Shown one piece after another: positions 28,861 through 45,000 of a stretch of DNA of 64,000 bases. The DNA is from Azolla caroliniana (lineage: Eukaryota > Plantae > Polypodiophyta). The stretch spans positions 186,001 through 250,000 of the forward strand of contig JBHGNT010000025.1 of assembly GCA_043228905.1 (NCBI GenBank), written 5' to 3'. Position 1 is the first letter of the stretch. Every line of letters begins with the position of its first letter. The notes beneath the pieces were generated by a model. That model searched no databases. It saw nothing but the letters and a program-made list of their open reading frames with translations, and was not told where the DNA came from. A program made the translations under genes and the position numbers.

Positions 28861-29407
28861 ACGCTAGCTATGACATGGTATTAAAAAATCAAGATTTTGA
28901 AACTCAGGTCGAGAGATATGAAGAAATTAGCAATCTTGAGGAGGGAGTTGAGAGGAGCCCTTGAGTACATTAAAATGTTCATACCTGGCGCGTGTGATAT
29001 CGGATTTTTGTGTTCAAACATGCGAATCGAAGCTCACAACGCTAGCTATGATATGGTTTTAAAAAATCATGATTTTGAAATTGAGGTCGAGAGACATATC
29101 GAAATTAGCAATCTTGAGGAGGAAGTTGAAAGGAGCCCTTGAGTACATTAAAATGTTCATACCTGGCTCGTGTGATATCGGATTTTTGTGTTCAAACATA
29201 TGAATCGCAGCTAACAACGCTAGCTATGACATGGTATTAAGAAATCGAGATTTTGAAACTCAGGTCGACAGATATTACGAAATTACCTACTTTGAGGAGG
29301 GAGTTGAGACGACCTAGTAGGTAAATTAAAATGTTCATACCTGGCTCGTGTGATATCGGATTTTTGTGTTCAAACATGCGAATCAAAGCTAACAATGCTA
29401 GCTATGA

Positions 29408-32400
29408 TATGGAACTAAAAAATCAAGATTTTGAAACTCAGGTCGAGAGATATGAAGAAATTAGCAATCTTGAGGAGGGGGTTGAGAGGAGCCCTTGAGT
29501 ACATTAAAATGTTCATACCTGGCGCGTGTGATATCGGATTTTTGTGTTCAAACATGCGAATCGAAGCTAACAATGCTAGCTATTATATGGAACTAAAAAA
29601 TCAAGATTTTGAAACTCAGGTCGAGAGATATGAAGAAATTAGCAATCTTGAGGAGGGAGTTGAGAGGAGCCCTTGAGTACATTAAAATGTTCATACCTGG
29701 CGCGTGTGATATCGTATTTTTGTGTTCAAACATGCGAATCGAAGCTAACAACACTAGCTATTCTATGTAACTAAAAAATCAAGATTTTGAAACTCAGGTC
29801 GAGAGATATGAAGAAATTAGCAATCTTGAGGAGGGAGTTGAGAGGAGCCCTTGAGTAAATTAAAATGTTCATACCTGGCTCGTGTGATATCGGATTTTTG
29901 TGTTCAAACATGCGAATCGAAGCTCACAACGCTAGCTATGATATGGTATTAAAAAATCATGATTTTGAAATTGAGGTCGAGAGACATGAAGAAATTAGCA
30001 ATCTTGAGGAGGGAGTTGAGAGGAGCCCTTGAGTACATTAAAATGTTCATACCTGGCACGTGTGATATCGGATTTTTGTGTTCAAACATGCGAATCGAAG
30101 CTAACAATGCTAGCTATTATATGGAACTAAAAAATCAAGATTTTGAAACTCAGGTCGAGAGATATGAAGAAATTAGCAATCTTGAGGAGGGAGTTGAGAG
30201 GAGCACTTGAGTATATTAAAATGTTTATACCTGGCTCGTGTGATATCGGATTTTTGTGTTCAAACATGCGAATCGAAGCTAATCACGCTAGCTATGACAT
30301 GTTATTAAAAAATCAAGATTTTGAAACTCAGGTCGAGAGACATGACGAAATTACCTAATTTGAGGACTGAGTTGAGACGACCTAGTAGGTAAATTAAAAT
30401 GTTCATACCTGGCTCGTGTGATATCGGATTTTTGTGTTCAAACATGCGAATCGAAGCTAACAACGCTAGCTATGACATGGTATTAAAAAATCAAGATTTT
30501 GAAACTCAGGTCGAGAAATATGAAGAAATTAGCAATCTTGAGGAGTGAGTTGAGAGGAGCACTTGAGTATATTAAAATGTTTATACCTGGCTCGTGTGAT
30601 ATCGGATTTTTGTGTTCAAACATGCGAATCGAAGCTAACAATTCTAGCTATTATATGGAACTAAAAAATCAAGATTTTGAAACTCAGGTCGAGAGATATG
30701 AAGAAATTAGCAATCTTGAGGAGGGAGTTGAGAGGAGCCCTTGAGTACATTAAAATGTTCATACCTGGCGCGTGTGATATCGGATTTTTGTGTTCAAACA
30801 TGCGAATCGAAGCTAACAATGCTAGCTATTATATGGAACTAAAAAATCAAGATTTTGAAACTCAGGTCGAGAGATATGAAGAAATTAGCAATCTTGAGGA
30901 GGGAGTTGAGAGGAGCCCTTGAGTACATTAAAATGTTCATACCTGGCGCGTGTGATATCGTATTTTTGTGTTCAAACATGCGAATCGAAGCTAACAACAC
31001 TAGCTATTCTATGGAACTAAAAAATCAAGATTTTGAAACTCAGGTCGAGAGATATGAAGAAATTAGCAATCTTGAGGAGGGAGTTGAGAGGAGCCCTTGA
31101 GTAAATTAAAATGTTCATACCTGGCTCGTGTGATATCGGATTTTTGTGTTCAAACATTCGAATCGAAACTCACAACGCTAGCTATGATATGGTATTAAAA
31201 AATCATGATTTTGAAATTGAGGTCGAGAGACATGAAGAAATTAGCAATCTTGAGGAGGGAGTTGAGAGGAGCCCTTGAGTACATTAAAATGTTCATACCT
31301 GGCGCGTGTGATATCGGATTTTTGTGTTCAAACATGCGAATCGAAGCTAACAACACTAGCTATTCTATGGAACTAAAAAATCAAGATTTTGAAACTCAGG
31401 TCGAGAGATATGAAGAAATTAGCAATCTTGAGGAGGGGGTTGAGAGGAGCCCTTGAGTACATTAAAATGTTCATACCTGGCGCGTGTGATATCGGATTTT
31501 TGTGTTCAAACATGCGAATCGAAGCTAACAATGCTAGCTATTATATGGAACTAAAAAATCAAGATTTTGAAACTCAGGTCGAGAGATATGAAGAAATTAG
31601 CAATCTTGAGGAGGGAGTTGAGAGGAGCCCTTGAGTACATTAAAATGTTCATACCTGGCGCGTGTGATATCGTATTTTTGTGTTCAAACATGCGAATCGA
31701 AGCTAACAACACTAGCTATTCTATGTAACTAAAAAATCAAGATTTTGAAACTCAGGTCGAGAGATATGAAGAAATTAGCAATCTTGAGGAGGGAGTTGAG
31801 AGGAGCCCTTGAGTAAATTAAAATGTTCATACCTGGCTCGTGTGATATCGGATTTTTGTGTTCAAACATGCGAATCGAAGCTCACAACGCTAGCTATGAT
31901 ATGGTATTAAAAAATCATGATTTTGAAATTGAGGTCGAGAGACATGAAGAAATTAGCAATCTTGAGGAGGGAGTTGAGAGGAGCCCTTGAGTACATTAAA
32001 ATGTTCATACCTGGCACGTGTGATATCGGATTTTTGTGTTCAAACATGCGAATCGAAGCTAACAATGCTAGCTATTATATGGAACTAAAAAATCAAGATT
32101 TTGAAACTCAGGTCGAGAGATATGAAGAAATTAGCAATCTTGAGGAGGGAGTTGAGAGGAGCACTTGAGTATATTAAAATGTTTATACCTGGCTCGTGTG
32201 ATATCGGATTTTTGTGTTCAAACATGCGAATCGAAGCTAATCACGCTAGCTATGACATGTTATTAAAAAATCAAGATTTTGAAACTCAGGTCGAGAGACA
32301 TGACGAAATTACCTAATTTGAGGACTGAGTTGAGACGACCTAGTAGGTAAATTAAAATGTTCATACCTGGCTCGTGTGATATCGGATTTTTGTGTTCAAA

Positions 32401-33312
32401 CATGCGAATCGAAGCTAACAACGCTAGCTATGACATGGTATTAAAAAATCAAGATTTTGAAACTCAGGTCGAGAAATATGAAGAAATTAGCAATCTTGAG
32501 GAGTGAGTTGAGAGGAGCACTTGAGTATATTAAAATGTTTATACCTGGCTCGTGTGATATCGGATTTTTGTGTTCAAACATGCGAATCGAAGCTAACAAT
32601 TCTAGCTATTATATGGAACTAAAAAATCAAGATTTTGAAACTCAGGTCGAGAGATATGAAGAAATTAGCAATCTTGAGGAGGGAGTTGAGAGGAGCCCTT
32701 GAGTACATTAAAATGTTCATACCTGGCGCGTGTGATATCGGATTTTTGTGTTCAAACATGCGAATCGAAGCTAACAATGCTAGCTATTATATGGAACTAA
32801 AAAATCAAGATTTTGAAACTCAGGTCGAGAGATATGAAGAAATTAGCAATCTTGAGGAGGGAGTTGAGAGGAGCCCTTGAGTACATTAAAATGTTCATAC
32901 CTGGCGCGTGTGATATCGTATTTTTGTGTTCAAACATGCGAATCGAAGCTAACAACACTAGCTATTCTATGGAACTAAAAAATCAAGATTTTGAAACTCA
33001 GGTCGAGAGATATGAAGAAATTAGCAATCTTGAGGAGGGAGTTGAGAGGAGCCCTTGAGTAAATTAAAATGTTCATACCTGGCTCGTGTGATATCGGATT
33101 TTTGTGTTCAAACATTCGAATCGAAACTCACAACGCTAGCTATGATATGGTATTAAAAAATCATGATTTTGAAATTGAGGTCGAGAGACATGAAGAAATT
33201 AGCAATCTTGAGGAGGGAGTTGAGAGGAGCCCTTGAGTACATTAAAATGTTCATACCTGGCGCGTGTGATATCGGATTTTTGTGTTCAAACATGCGAATC
33301 GAAGCTAACAAC
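29408..33312. repeat. 11-monomer (1958 bp) tandem duplication, two copies
   Basis: Offsets 29431/31389, 29959/31917, 30499/32457, 30855/32813, 31205/33163; shared GAGGGGGTTG, GAGAAATATG and AACATTCGAA. Confidence 0.93.
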
Positions 33313-34235
33313 GCTAGCTATGACATGGTATTAAAAAATCAAGATTTTGAAACTCAGGTCGAGAGATATGAAGAAATTACCTACTTTGAGGAGGGAGTTG
33401 AGAGGAGCCCTTGAGTAAATTAAAATGTTCATACCTGGCTCGTGTGATATCGGATTTTTGTGTTTAAACATGCGAATCGAAGCTAATCACGCTAGCTATG
33501 ACATGTTATTAAAAAATCAAGATTTTGAAACTCAGGTCGAGAGACATGACGAAATTACCTAATTTGAGGACTGAGTTGAGACGACCTAGTAGGTAAATTA
33601 AAATGTTCATACCTGGCTCGTGTGATATCGGGTTTTTGTGTTCAAACATGCGAATCAAGCTAACAACGCTAGCTATTATATGGAACTAAAAAATCAAGAT
33701 TTTGAAACTCAGGTCCAGAGATATGAAGAAATTAGCAATCTTGAGGAGGGAGTTGAGAGGAGCCCTTGAGTACATTAAAATGTTCATACCTGGCGCGTGT
33801 GATATCGGATTTTTGTGTTCAAACATGCGAATCGAAGCTAACAATGCTAGCTATTATATGGAACTAAAAAATCAAGATTTTGAAACTCAGGTCGAGAGAT
33901 ATAAAGAAATTAGCAATCTTGAGGAGGGAGTTGACAGGAGCCCTTGAGTACATTAAAATGTTCATACCTGGCGCGTGTGATATCGGATTTTTGTGTTCAA
34001 ACATGCGAATCGAAGCTAACAACGCTAGCTATGACATGGAACTAAAAAATCAAGATTTTGAAACTCAGGTCGAGAGATATGAAGAAATTAGCAATCTTGA
34101 GGAGGGAGTTGAGAGGAGCCCTTGAGTAAATTAAAATGCTCATACCTGGCTCGTGTGATATCGGATTTTTGTGTTCAAACATGCGAATCGAAGCTCACAA
34201 CGCTAGCTATGATATGGTATTAAAAAATCATGATT

Positions 34236-37200
34236 TTGAAATTGAGGTCGAGAGACATGAAGAAATTAGCAATCTTGAGGAGGGAGTTGAGAGGAGCCCT
34301 TGAGTACATTAAAATGTTCATACCTGGCGCGTGTGATATCGGATTTTTGTGTTCAAACATGCGAATCGAAGCTAACAACGCTAGCTATGACATGGTATTA
34401 AAAAATCAAGATTTTGAAACTCAGGTCGAGAGACATGACGAAATTACCTAATTTGAGGACTGAGTTGAGACGACCTAGTAGGTAAATTAAAATGTTCATA
34501 CCTGGCTCGTGTGATATCGGATTTTTGTGTTCAAACATGCGAATCAAGCTAACAACGCTAGCTATTATATGGAACTAAAAAATCAAGATTTTGAAACTCA
34601 GGTCGAGAGATATGAAGAAATTAGCAATCTTGAGGAGGGAGTTGAGAGGAGCCCTTGAGTACATTAAAATGTTCATACCTGGCGCGTGTGATATCGGATT
34701 TTTGTGTTCAAACATGCGAATCGAAGCTAACAACGCTAGCTATGACATGGTATTAAAAAATCAAGATTTTGAAACTCAGGTCGAGAGACATGACGAAATT
34801 ACCTAATTTGAGGACTGAGTTGAGACGACCTAGTAGGTAAATTAAAATGTTCATACCTGGCTCGTGTGATATCGGATTTTTGTGTTCAAACATGCGAATC
34901 AAGCTAACAACGCTAGCTATTATATGGAACTAAAAAATCAAGATTTTGAAACTCAGGTCGAGAGATATGAAGAAATTAGCAATCTTGAGGAGGGAGTTGA
35001 GAGGAGCCCTTGAGTACATTAAAATGTTCATACCTGGCGCGTGTGATATCGGATTTTTGTGTTCAAACATGCGAATCGAAGCTAACAACGCTAGCTATGA
35101 CATGGTATTAAAAAATCAAGATTTTGAAACTCAGGTCGAGAGACATGACGAAATTACCTAATTTGAGGACTGAGTTGAGACGACCTAGTAGGTAAATTAA
35201 AATGTTTATACCTGGCTCGTGTGATATCGGATTTTTGTGTTCAAACATGCGAATCAAGCTAACAACGCTAGCTATTATATGGAACTAAAAAATCAAGATT
35301 TTGAAACTCAGGTCGAGAGATATGAAGAAATTAGCAATCTTGAGGAGGGAGTTGAGAGGAGCACTTGAGTATATTAAAATGTTTATACCTGGCTCGTGTG
35401 ATATCGGATTTTTGTGTTCAAACATGCGAATCGAAGCTAACAACGCTAGCTATGACATGGTATTAAAAAATCAAGATTTTGAAACTCAGGTCGAGAGACA
35501 TGACGAAATTACCTAATTTGAGGACTGAGTTGAGACGACCTAGTAGGTAAATTAAAATGTTCATACCTGGCTCGTGTGATATCGGATTTTTGTGTTCAAA
35601 CATGCGAATCAAGCTAACAACGCTAGCTATTATATGGAACTAAAAAATCAAGATTTTGAAACTCAGGTCGAGAGATATGAAGAAATTAGCAATCTTGAGG
35701 AGGGAGTTGAGAGGAGCCCTTGAGTACATTAAAATGTTCATACCTGGCGCGTGTGATATCGGATTTTTGTGTTCAAACATGCGAATCGAAGCTAACAATG
35801 CTAGCTATTATATGGAACTAAAAAATCAAGATTTTGAAACTCAGGTCGAGAGATATGAAGAAATTAGCAATCTTGAGGAGGGAGTTGAGAGGAGCCCTTG
35901 AGTGCATTAAAATGTTCATACCTGGCGCGTGTGATATCGGATTTTTGTGTTCAAACATGCGAATCGAAGCTAACAACACTAGCTATTCTATGGAACTAAA
36001 AAATCAAGATTTTGAAACTCAGGTCGAGAGATATGAAGAAATTAGCAATCTTGAGGAGGGAGTTGAGAGGAGACCTTGAGTAAATTAAAATGTTCATACC
36101 TGGCTCGTGTGATATCGGATTTTTGTGTTCAAACATGCGAATCGAAGCTCACAACGCTAGCTATGATATGGTATTAAAAAATCAAGATTTTGAAACTCAG
36201 GTCGAGAGATATGAAGAAATTAGCAATCTTGAGGAGGGAGTTGAGAGGAGCCCTTGAGTACATTAAAATGTTCATACCTGGCGCGTGTGATATCGGATTT
36301 TTGTGTTCAAACATGCGAATCGAAGCTAACAACGCTAGCTATGACATGGTATTAAAAAATCAAGATTTTGAAACTCAGGTCGAGAGACATGACGAAATTA
36401 CCTAATTTGAGGACTGAGTTGAGACGACCTAGTAGGTAAATTAAAATGTTCATACCTGGCTCGTGTGATATCGGATGTTTGTGTTCAAACATGCGAATCA
36501 AGCTAACAACGCTAGCTATTATATGGAACTAAAAAATCAAGATTTTGAAACTCAGGTCGAGAGATATGAAGAAATTAGCAATCTTGAGGAGGGAGTTGAG
36601 AGGAGCCCTTGAGTACATTAAAATGTTCATACCTGGCGCGTGTGATATCGGATTTTTGTGTTCAAACATGCGAATCGAAGCTAACAACGCTAGCTATGAC
36701 ATGGTATTAAAAAATCAAGATTTTGAAACTCAGGTCGAGAGACATGACGAAATTACCTAATTTGAGGACTGAGTTGAGACGACCTAGTAGGTAAATTAAA
36801 GTGTTTATACCTGGCTCGTGTGATATCGGATTTTTGTGTTCAAACATGCGAATCAAGCTAACAACGCTAGCTATTATATGGAACTAAAAAATCAAGATTT
36901 TGAAACTCAGGTCGAGAGATATGAAGAAATTAGCAATCTTGAGGAGGGAGTTGAGAGGAGCACTTGAGTATATTAAAATGTTTATACCTGGCTCGTGTGA
37001 TATCGGATTTTTGTGTTCAAACATGCGAATCGAAGCTAACAACGCTAGCTATGACATGGTATTAAAAAATCAAGATTTTGAAACTCAGGTCGAGAGACAT
37101 GACGAAATTACCTAATTTGAGGACTGAGTTGAGACGACCTAGTAGGTAAATTAAAATGTTCATACCTGGCTCGTGTGATATCGGATTTTTGTGTTCAAAC

Positions 37201-37254
37201 ATGCGAATCAAGCTAACAACGCTAGCTATTATATGGAACTAAAAAATCAAGATT
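34236..37254. repeat. 355-bp dimer (178+177) runs: 4 dimers at 34236-35655 and 3 dimers at 36190-37254, related by a 9-monomer (1599 bp) offset
   Basis: ORF starts at 34591, 34946, 35301, 35656 and at 36190, 36545, 36900, 37255 are spaced by 355. Confidence 0.92.
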
Positions 37255-39019
37255 TTGAAACTCAGGTCGAGAGATATGAAGAAATTAGCAATCTTGAGGA
37301 GGGAGTTGAGAGGAGCCCTTGAGTACATTAAAATGTTCATACCTGGCGCGTGTGATATCGGATTTTTGTGTTCAAACATGCGAATCGAAGCTAACAATGC
37401 TAGCTATTATATGGAACTAAAAAATCAAGATTTTGAAACTCAGGTCGAGAGATATGAAGAAATTAGCAATCTTGAGGAGGGAGTTGAGAGGAGCCCTTGA
37501 GTACATTAAAATGTTCATACCTGGCGCGTGTGATATCGGATTTTTGTGTTCAAACATGCGAATCGAAGCTCACAACGCTAGCTATGATATGGTATTAAAA
37601 AATCATGATTTTGAAATTGAGGTCGAGAGACATGAAGAAATTAGCAATCTTGAGGAGGGAGTTGACAGGAGCCCTTGAGTACATTAAAATGTTCATACCT
37701 GGCGCGTGTGATATCGGATTTTTGTGTTCAAACATGCGAATCGAAGCTAACAACGCTAGCTATGACATGGAACTAAAAAATCAAGATTTTGAAACTCAGG
37801 TCGAGAGATATGAAGAAATTAGCAATCTTGAGGAGGGAGTTGAGAGGAGCCCTTGAGTAAATTAAAATGCTCATACCTGGCTCGTGTGATATCGGATTTT
37901 TGTGTTCAAACATGCGAATCGAAGCTCACAACGCTAGCTATGATATGGTATTAAAAAATCATGATTTTGAAATTGAGGTCGAGAGACATGAAGAAATTAG
38001 CAATCTTGAGGAGGGAGTTGAGAGGAGCCCTTGAGTACATTAAAATGTTCATACCTGGCGCGTGTGATATCGGATTTTTGTGTTCAAACATGCGAATCGA
38101 AGCTAATCACGCTAGCTATGACATGTTATTAAAAAATCAAGATTTTGAAACTCAGGTAGAGAGACATGACGAAATTACCTAATTTGAGGAGTGAGTTGAG
38201 AGGAGCCCTTGGGTATATTACAATGTTCATACCTGGCTCGTGTGATATCGGATTTTTGTGTTCAAACATGCGAATCGAAGCTAACAATGCTAGCTATTCT
38301 ATGGAACTAAAAAATCAAGATTTTGAAACTCAGGTCGAGAGATATGAAGAAATTAGCAATCTTGAGGAGGGAGTTGAGAGGAGCCCTTGAGTAAATTAAA
38401 ATGTTCATACCTGGCTCGTGTGATATCGGATTTTTGTGTTCAAACATGCGAATCGAAGCTCACAACGCTAGCTATGATATGGTATTAAAAAATCATGATT
38501 TTGAAATTGAGGTCGAGAGACATGAAGAAATTAGCAATCTTGAGGAGGGAGTTGAGAGGAGCCCTTGAGTACATTAAAATGTTCATACCTGGCGCGTGTG
38601 ATATCGTATTTTTGTGTTCAAACATGCGAATCGAAGCTAACAACGCTAGCTATGACATGGTATTAAAAAATCAAGATTTTGAAACTCAGGTGAGAGACAT
38701 GACGAAATTACCTAATTTGAGGAGTGAGTTGAGACGACCTAGTAGGTAAATTAAAATGTTCATACCTGGCGCGTGTGATATCGGATTTTTGTGTTCAAAC
38801 ATGCGAATCGAAGCTAACAATGCTAGCTATTATATGGAACTAAAAAATCAAGATTTTGAAACTCAGGTCGAGAGATATGAAGAAATTAGCAATCTTGAGG
38901 AGGGAGTTGAGAGGAGCCCTTGAGTAAATTAAAATGTTCATACCTGGCTCGTGTGATATCGGATTTTTGTGTTCAAACATGCGAATCGAAGCTAATCACG
39001 CTAGCTATGACATGTTATT

Positions 39020-42000
39020 AAAAAATCAAGATTTTGAAACTCAGGTCGAGAGACATGACGAAATTACCTAATTTGAGGACTGAGTTGAGACGACCTAGTA
39101 GGTAAATTAAAATGTTCATACCTGGCTCGTGTGATATCGGGTTTTTGTGTTCAAACATGCGAATCAAGCTAACAACGCTAGCTATTATATGGAACTAAAA
39201 AATCAAGATTTTGAAACTCAGGTCGAGAGATATGAAGAAATTAGCAATCTTGAGGAGGGAGTTGAGAGGAGCCCTTGAGTACATTAAAATGTTCATACCT
39301 GGCGCGTGTGATATCGGATTTTTGTGTTCAAACATGCGAATCGAAGCTAACAATGCTAGCTATTATATGGAACTAAAAAATCAAGATTTTGAAACTCAGG
39401 TCGAGAGATATAAAGAAATTAGCAATCTTGAGGAGGGAGTTGACAGGAGCCCTTGAGTACATTAAAATGTTCATACCTGGCGCGTGTGATATCGGATTTT
39501 TGTGTTCAAACATGCGAATCGAAGCTAACAACGCTAGCTATGACACGGAACTAAAAAATCAAGATTTTGAAACTCAGGTCGAGAGATATGAAGAAATTAG
39601 CAATCTTGAGGAGGGAGTTGAGAGGAGCCCTTGAGTAAATTAAAATGTTCATACCTGGCTCGTGTGATATCGGATTTTTGTGTTCAAACATGCGAATCGA
39701 AGCTCACAACGCTAGCTATGATATGGTATTAAAAAATCATGATTTTGAAATTGAGGTCGAGAGACATGAAGAAATTAGCAATCTTGAGGAGGGAGTTGAG
39801 AGGAGCCCTTGAGTACATTAAAATGTTCATACCTGGCGCGTGTGATATCGGATTTTTGTGTTCAAACATGCGAATCGAAGCTAACAACGCTAGCTATGAC
39901 ATGGTATTAAAAAATCAAGATTTTGAAACTCAGGTCGAGAGACATGACGAAATTACCTAATTTGCGGACTGAGTTGAGACGACCTAGTAGGTAAATTAAA
40001 ATGTTCATACCTGGCTCGTGTGATATCGGATTTTTGTGTTCAAACATGCGAATCAAGCTAACAACGCTAGCTATTATATGGAACTAAAAAATCAAGATTT
40101 TGAAACTCAGGTCGAGAGATATGAAGAAATTAGCAATCTTGAGGAGGGAGTTGAGAGGAGCCCTTGAGTACATTAAAATGTTCATACCTGGCGCGTGTGA
40201 TATCGGATTTTTGTGTTCAAACATGCGAATCGAAGCTAACAACGCTAGCTATGACATGGTATTAAAAAATCAAGATTTTGAAACTCAGGTCGAGAGACAT
40301 GACGAAATTACCTAATTTGAGGACTGAGTTGAGACGACCTAGTAGGTAAATTAAAATGTTCATACCTGGCTCGTGTGATATCGGATTTTTGTGTTCAAAC
40401 ATGCGAATCAAGCTAACAACGCTAGCTATTATATGGAACTAAAAAATCAAGATTTTGAAACTCAGGTCGAGAGATATGAAGAAATTAGCAATCTTGAGGA
40501 GGGAGTTGAGAGGAGCCCTTGAGTACATTAAAATGTTCATACCTGGCGCGTGTGATATCGGATTTTTGTGTTCAAACATGCGAATCGAAGCTAACAACGC
40601 TAGCTATGACATGGTATTAAAAAATCAAGATTTTGAAACTCAGGTCGAGAGACATGACGAAATTACCTAATTTGAGGACTGAGTTGAGACGACCTAGTAG
40701 GTAAATTAAAATGTTCATACCTGGCTCGTGTGATATCGGATGTTTGTGTTCAAACATGCGAATCAAGCTAACAACGCTAGCTATTATATGGAACTAAAAA
40801 ATCAAGATTTTGAAACTCAGGTCGAGAGATATGAAGAAATTAGCAATCTTGAGGAGGGAGTTGAGAGGAGCCCTTGAGTACATTAAAATGTTCATACCTG
40901 GCGCGTGTGATATCGGATTTTTGTGTTCAAACATGCGAATCGAAGCTAACAACGCTAGCTATGACATGGTATTAAAAAATCAAGATTTTGAAACTCAGGT
41001 CGAGAGACATGACGAAATTACCTAATTTGAGGACTGAGTTGAGACGACCTAGTAGGTAAATTAAAGTGTTTATACCTGGCTCGTGTGATATCGGATTTTT
41101 GTGTTCAAACATGCGAATCAAGCTAACAACGCTAGCTATTATATGGAACTAAAAAATCAAGATTTTGAAACTCAGGTCGAGAGATATGAAGAAATTAGCA
41201 ATCTTGAGGAGGGAGTTGAGAGGAGCACTTGAGTATATTAAAATGTTTATACCTGGCTCGTGTGATATCGGATTTTTGTGTTCAAACATGCGAATCGAAG
41301 CTAACAACGCTAGCTATGACATGGTATTAAAAAATCAAGATTTTGAAACTCAGGTCGAGAGACATGACGAAATTACCTAATTTGAGGACTGAGTTGAGAC
41401 GACCTAGTAGGTAAATTAAAATGTTCATACCTGGCTCGTGTGATATCGGATTTTTGTGTTCAAACATGCGAATCAAGCTAACAACGCTAGCTATTATATG
41501 GAACTAAAAAATCAAGATTTTGAAACTCAGGTCGAGAGATATGAAGAAATTAGCAATCTTGAGGAGGGAGTTGAGAGGAGCCCTTGAGTACATTAAAATG
41601 TTCATACCTGGCGCGTGTGATATCGGATTTTTGTGTTCAAACATGCGAATCGAAGCTAACAATGCTAGCTATTATATGGAACTAAAAAATCAAGATTTTG
41701 AAACTCAGGTCGAGAGATATGAAGAAATTAGCAATCTTGAGGAGGGAGTTGAGAGGAGCCCTTGAGTACATTAAAATGTTCATACCTGGCGCGTGTGATA
41801 TCGGATTTTTGTGTTCAAACATGCGAATCGAAGCTAACAACGCTAGCTATGACATGGTATTAAAAAATCAAGATTTTGAAACTCAGGTCGAGAGATATGA
41901 AGAAATTAGCAATCTTGAGGAGGGAGTTGACAGGAGCCCTTGAGTACATTAAAATGTTCATACCTGGCGCGTGTGATATCGGATTTTTGTGTTCAAACAT

Positions 42001-45000
42001 GCGAATCGAAGCTCACAACGCTAGCTATGATATGGTTTTAAAAAAGCATGATTTTGAAATTGAGGTCGAGAGACATATCGAAATTAGCAATCTTGAGGAG
42101 GAAGTTGAAAGGAGCCCTTGAGTACATTAAAATGTTCATACCTGGCTCGTGTGATATCGGATTTTTGTGTTCAAACATGTGAATCGCAGCTAACAACGCT
42201 AGCTATGACATGGTATTAAGAAATCAAGATTTTGAAACTCAGGTCGAGAGATATGAAGAAATTACCTACTTTGAGGAGGGAGGTGAGACGACCTAGTAGG
42301 TAAATTAAAATGTTCATACCTGGCTCGTGTGATATCGGATTTTTGTGTTCAAACATGCGAATCAAAGCTAACAATGCTAGCTATTATATGGAACTAAAAA
42401 ATCAAGATTTTGAAACTCAGGTCGAGAGATATGAAGAAATTAGCAATCTTGAGGAGGGAGTTGAGAGGAGCCCTTGAGTACATTAAAATGTTCATACCTG
42501 GCGCGTGTGATATCGGATTTTTGTGTTCAAACATGCGAATCGAAGCTAACAATGCTAGCTATTATATGGAACTAAAAAATCAAGATTTTGAAACTCAGGT
42601 CGAGAGATATGAAGAAATTAGCAATCTTGAGGAGGGAGTTGAGAGGAGCCCTTGAGTACATTAAAATGTTCATACCTGGCGCGTGTGATATCGGATTTTT
42701 GTGTTCAAACATGCGAATCGAAGCTCACAACGCTAGCTATGATATGGTTTTAAAAAAGCATGATTTTGAAATTGAGGTCAAGAGACATGAAGAAATTAGC
42801 AATCTTGAGGAGGGAGTTGAGAGGAGCCCTTGAGTACATTAAAATGTTCATACCTGGCTCGTGTGATATCGGATTTTTGTGTTCAAACATGTGAATCGCA
42901 GCTAACAACGCTAGCTATGACATGGTATTAAGAAATCAAGATTTTGAAACTCAGGTCGAGAGATATGAAGAAATTACCTACTTTGAGGAGGGAGTTGAGA
43001 CGACCTAGTAGGTAAATTAAAATGTTCATACCTGGCTCGTGTGATATCGGATTTTTGTGTTCAAACATGCGAATCAAAGCTAACAATGCTAGCTATTATA
43101 TGGAACTAAAAAATCAAGATTTTGAAACTCATGTCGAGAGATATGAAGAAATTAGCAATCTTGAGGAGGGAGTTGAGAGGAGCCCTTGAGTACATTAAAA
43201 TGTTCATACCTGGCACGTGTGATATCGGATTTTTGTGTTCAAACATGCGAATCGAAGCTAACAATGCTAGCTATTATATGGAACTAAAAAATCAAGATTT
43301 TGAAACTCAGGTCGAGAGATATGAAGAAATTAGCAATCTTGAGGAGGGAGTTGAGAGGAGCACTTGAGTATATTAAAATGTTTATACCTGGCTCGTGTGA
43401 TATCGGATTTTTGTGTTCAAACATGCGAATCGAAGCTAATCACGCTAGCTATGACATGTTATTAAAAAATCAAGATTTTGAAACTCAGGTAGAGAGACAT
43501 GACGAAATTACCTAATTTGAGGAGTGAGTTGAGAGGAGCCCTTGGGTATATTACAATGTTCATACCTGGCTCGTGTGATATCGGATTTTTGTGTTCAAAC
43601 ATGCGAATCGAAGCTAACAATGCTAGCTATTCTATGGAACTAAAAAATCAAGATTTTGAAACTCAGGTCGAGAGATATGAAGAAATTAGCAATCTTGAGG
43701 AGGGAGTTGAGAGGAGCCCTTGAGTAAATTAAAATGTTCATACCTGGCTCGTGTGATATCGGATTTCTGTGTTCAAACATTCGAATCGAAACTCACAACG
43801 CTAGCTATGATATGCTATTAAAAAATCATGATTTTGAAATTGAGGTCGAGAGACATGAAGAAATTAGCAATCTTGAGGAGGGAGTTGAGAGGAGCCCTTG
43901 AGTACATTAAAATGTTCATACCTGGCGCGTGTGATATCGGATTTTTGTGTTCAAACATGCGAATCGAAGCTAACAACGCTAGCTATGACATGGTATTAAA
44001 AAATCAAGATTTTGAAACTCAGGTCGAGAGATATGAAGAAATTACCTACTTTGAGGAGGGAGTTGAGAGGAGCCCTTGAGTACATTAAAATGTTCATACC
44101 TGGCGCGTGTGATATCGGATTTTTGTGTTCAAACATGCGAATCGAAGCTAACAATGCTAGCTATTATATGGAACTAAAAAATCAAGATTTTGAAACTCAG
44201 GTCGAGAGATATGAAGAAATTAGCAATCTTGAGGAGGGAGTTGAGAGGAGCCCTTGAGTACATTAAAATGTTCATACCTGGCGCGTGTGATATCGGATTT
44301 TTGTGTTCAAACATGCGAATCGAAGCTAACAACGCTAGCTATGACATGGAACTAAAAAATCAAGATTTTGAAACTCAGGTCGAGAGACATGACGAAATTA
44401 CCTAATTTGAGGACTGAGTTGAGACGACCTAGTAGGTAAATTAAAATGTTCATACCTGGCTCGTGTGATATCGGGTTTTTGTGTTCAAACATGCGAATCA
44501 AGCTAACAACGCTAGCTATTATATGGAACTAAAAAATCAAGATTTTGAAACTCAGGTCGAGAGATATGAAGAAATTAGCAATCTTGAGGAGGGAGTTGAG
44601 AGGAGCCCTTGAGTACATTAAAATGTTCATACCTGGCGCGTGTGATATCGGATTTTTGTGTTCAAACATGCGAATCGAAGCTAACAATGCTAGCTATTAT
44701 ATGGAACTAAAAAATCAAGATTTTGAAACTCAGGTCGAGAGATATAAAGAAATTAGCAATCTTGAGGAGGGAGTTGACAGGAGCCCTTGAGTACATTAAA
44801 ATGTTCATACCTGGCGCGTGTGATATCGGATTTTTGTGTTCAAACATGCGAATCGAAGCTAACAACGCTAGCTATGACACGGAACTAAAAAATCAAGATT
44901 TTGAAACTCAGGTCGAGAGATATGAAGAAATTAGCAATCTTGAGGAGGGAGTTGAGAGGAGCCCTTGAGTAAATTAAAATGTTCATACCTGGCTCGTGTG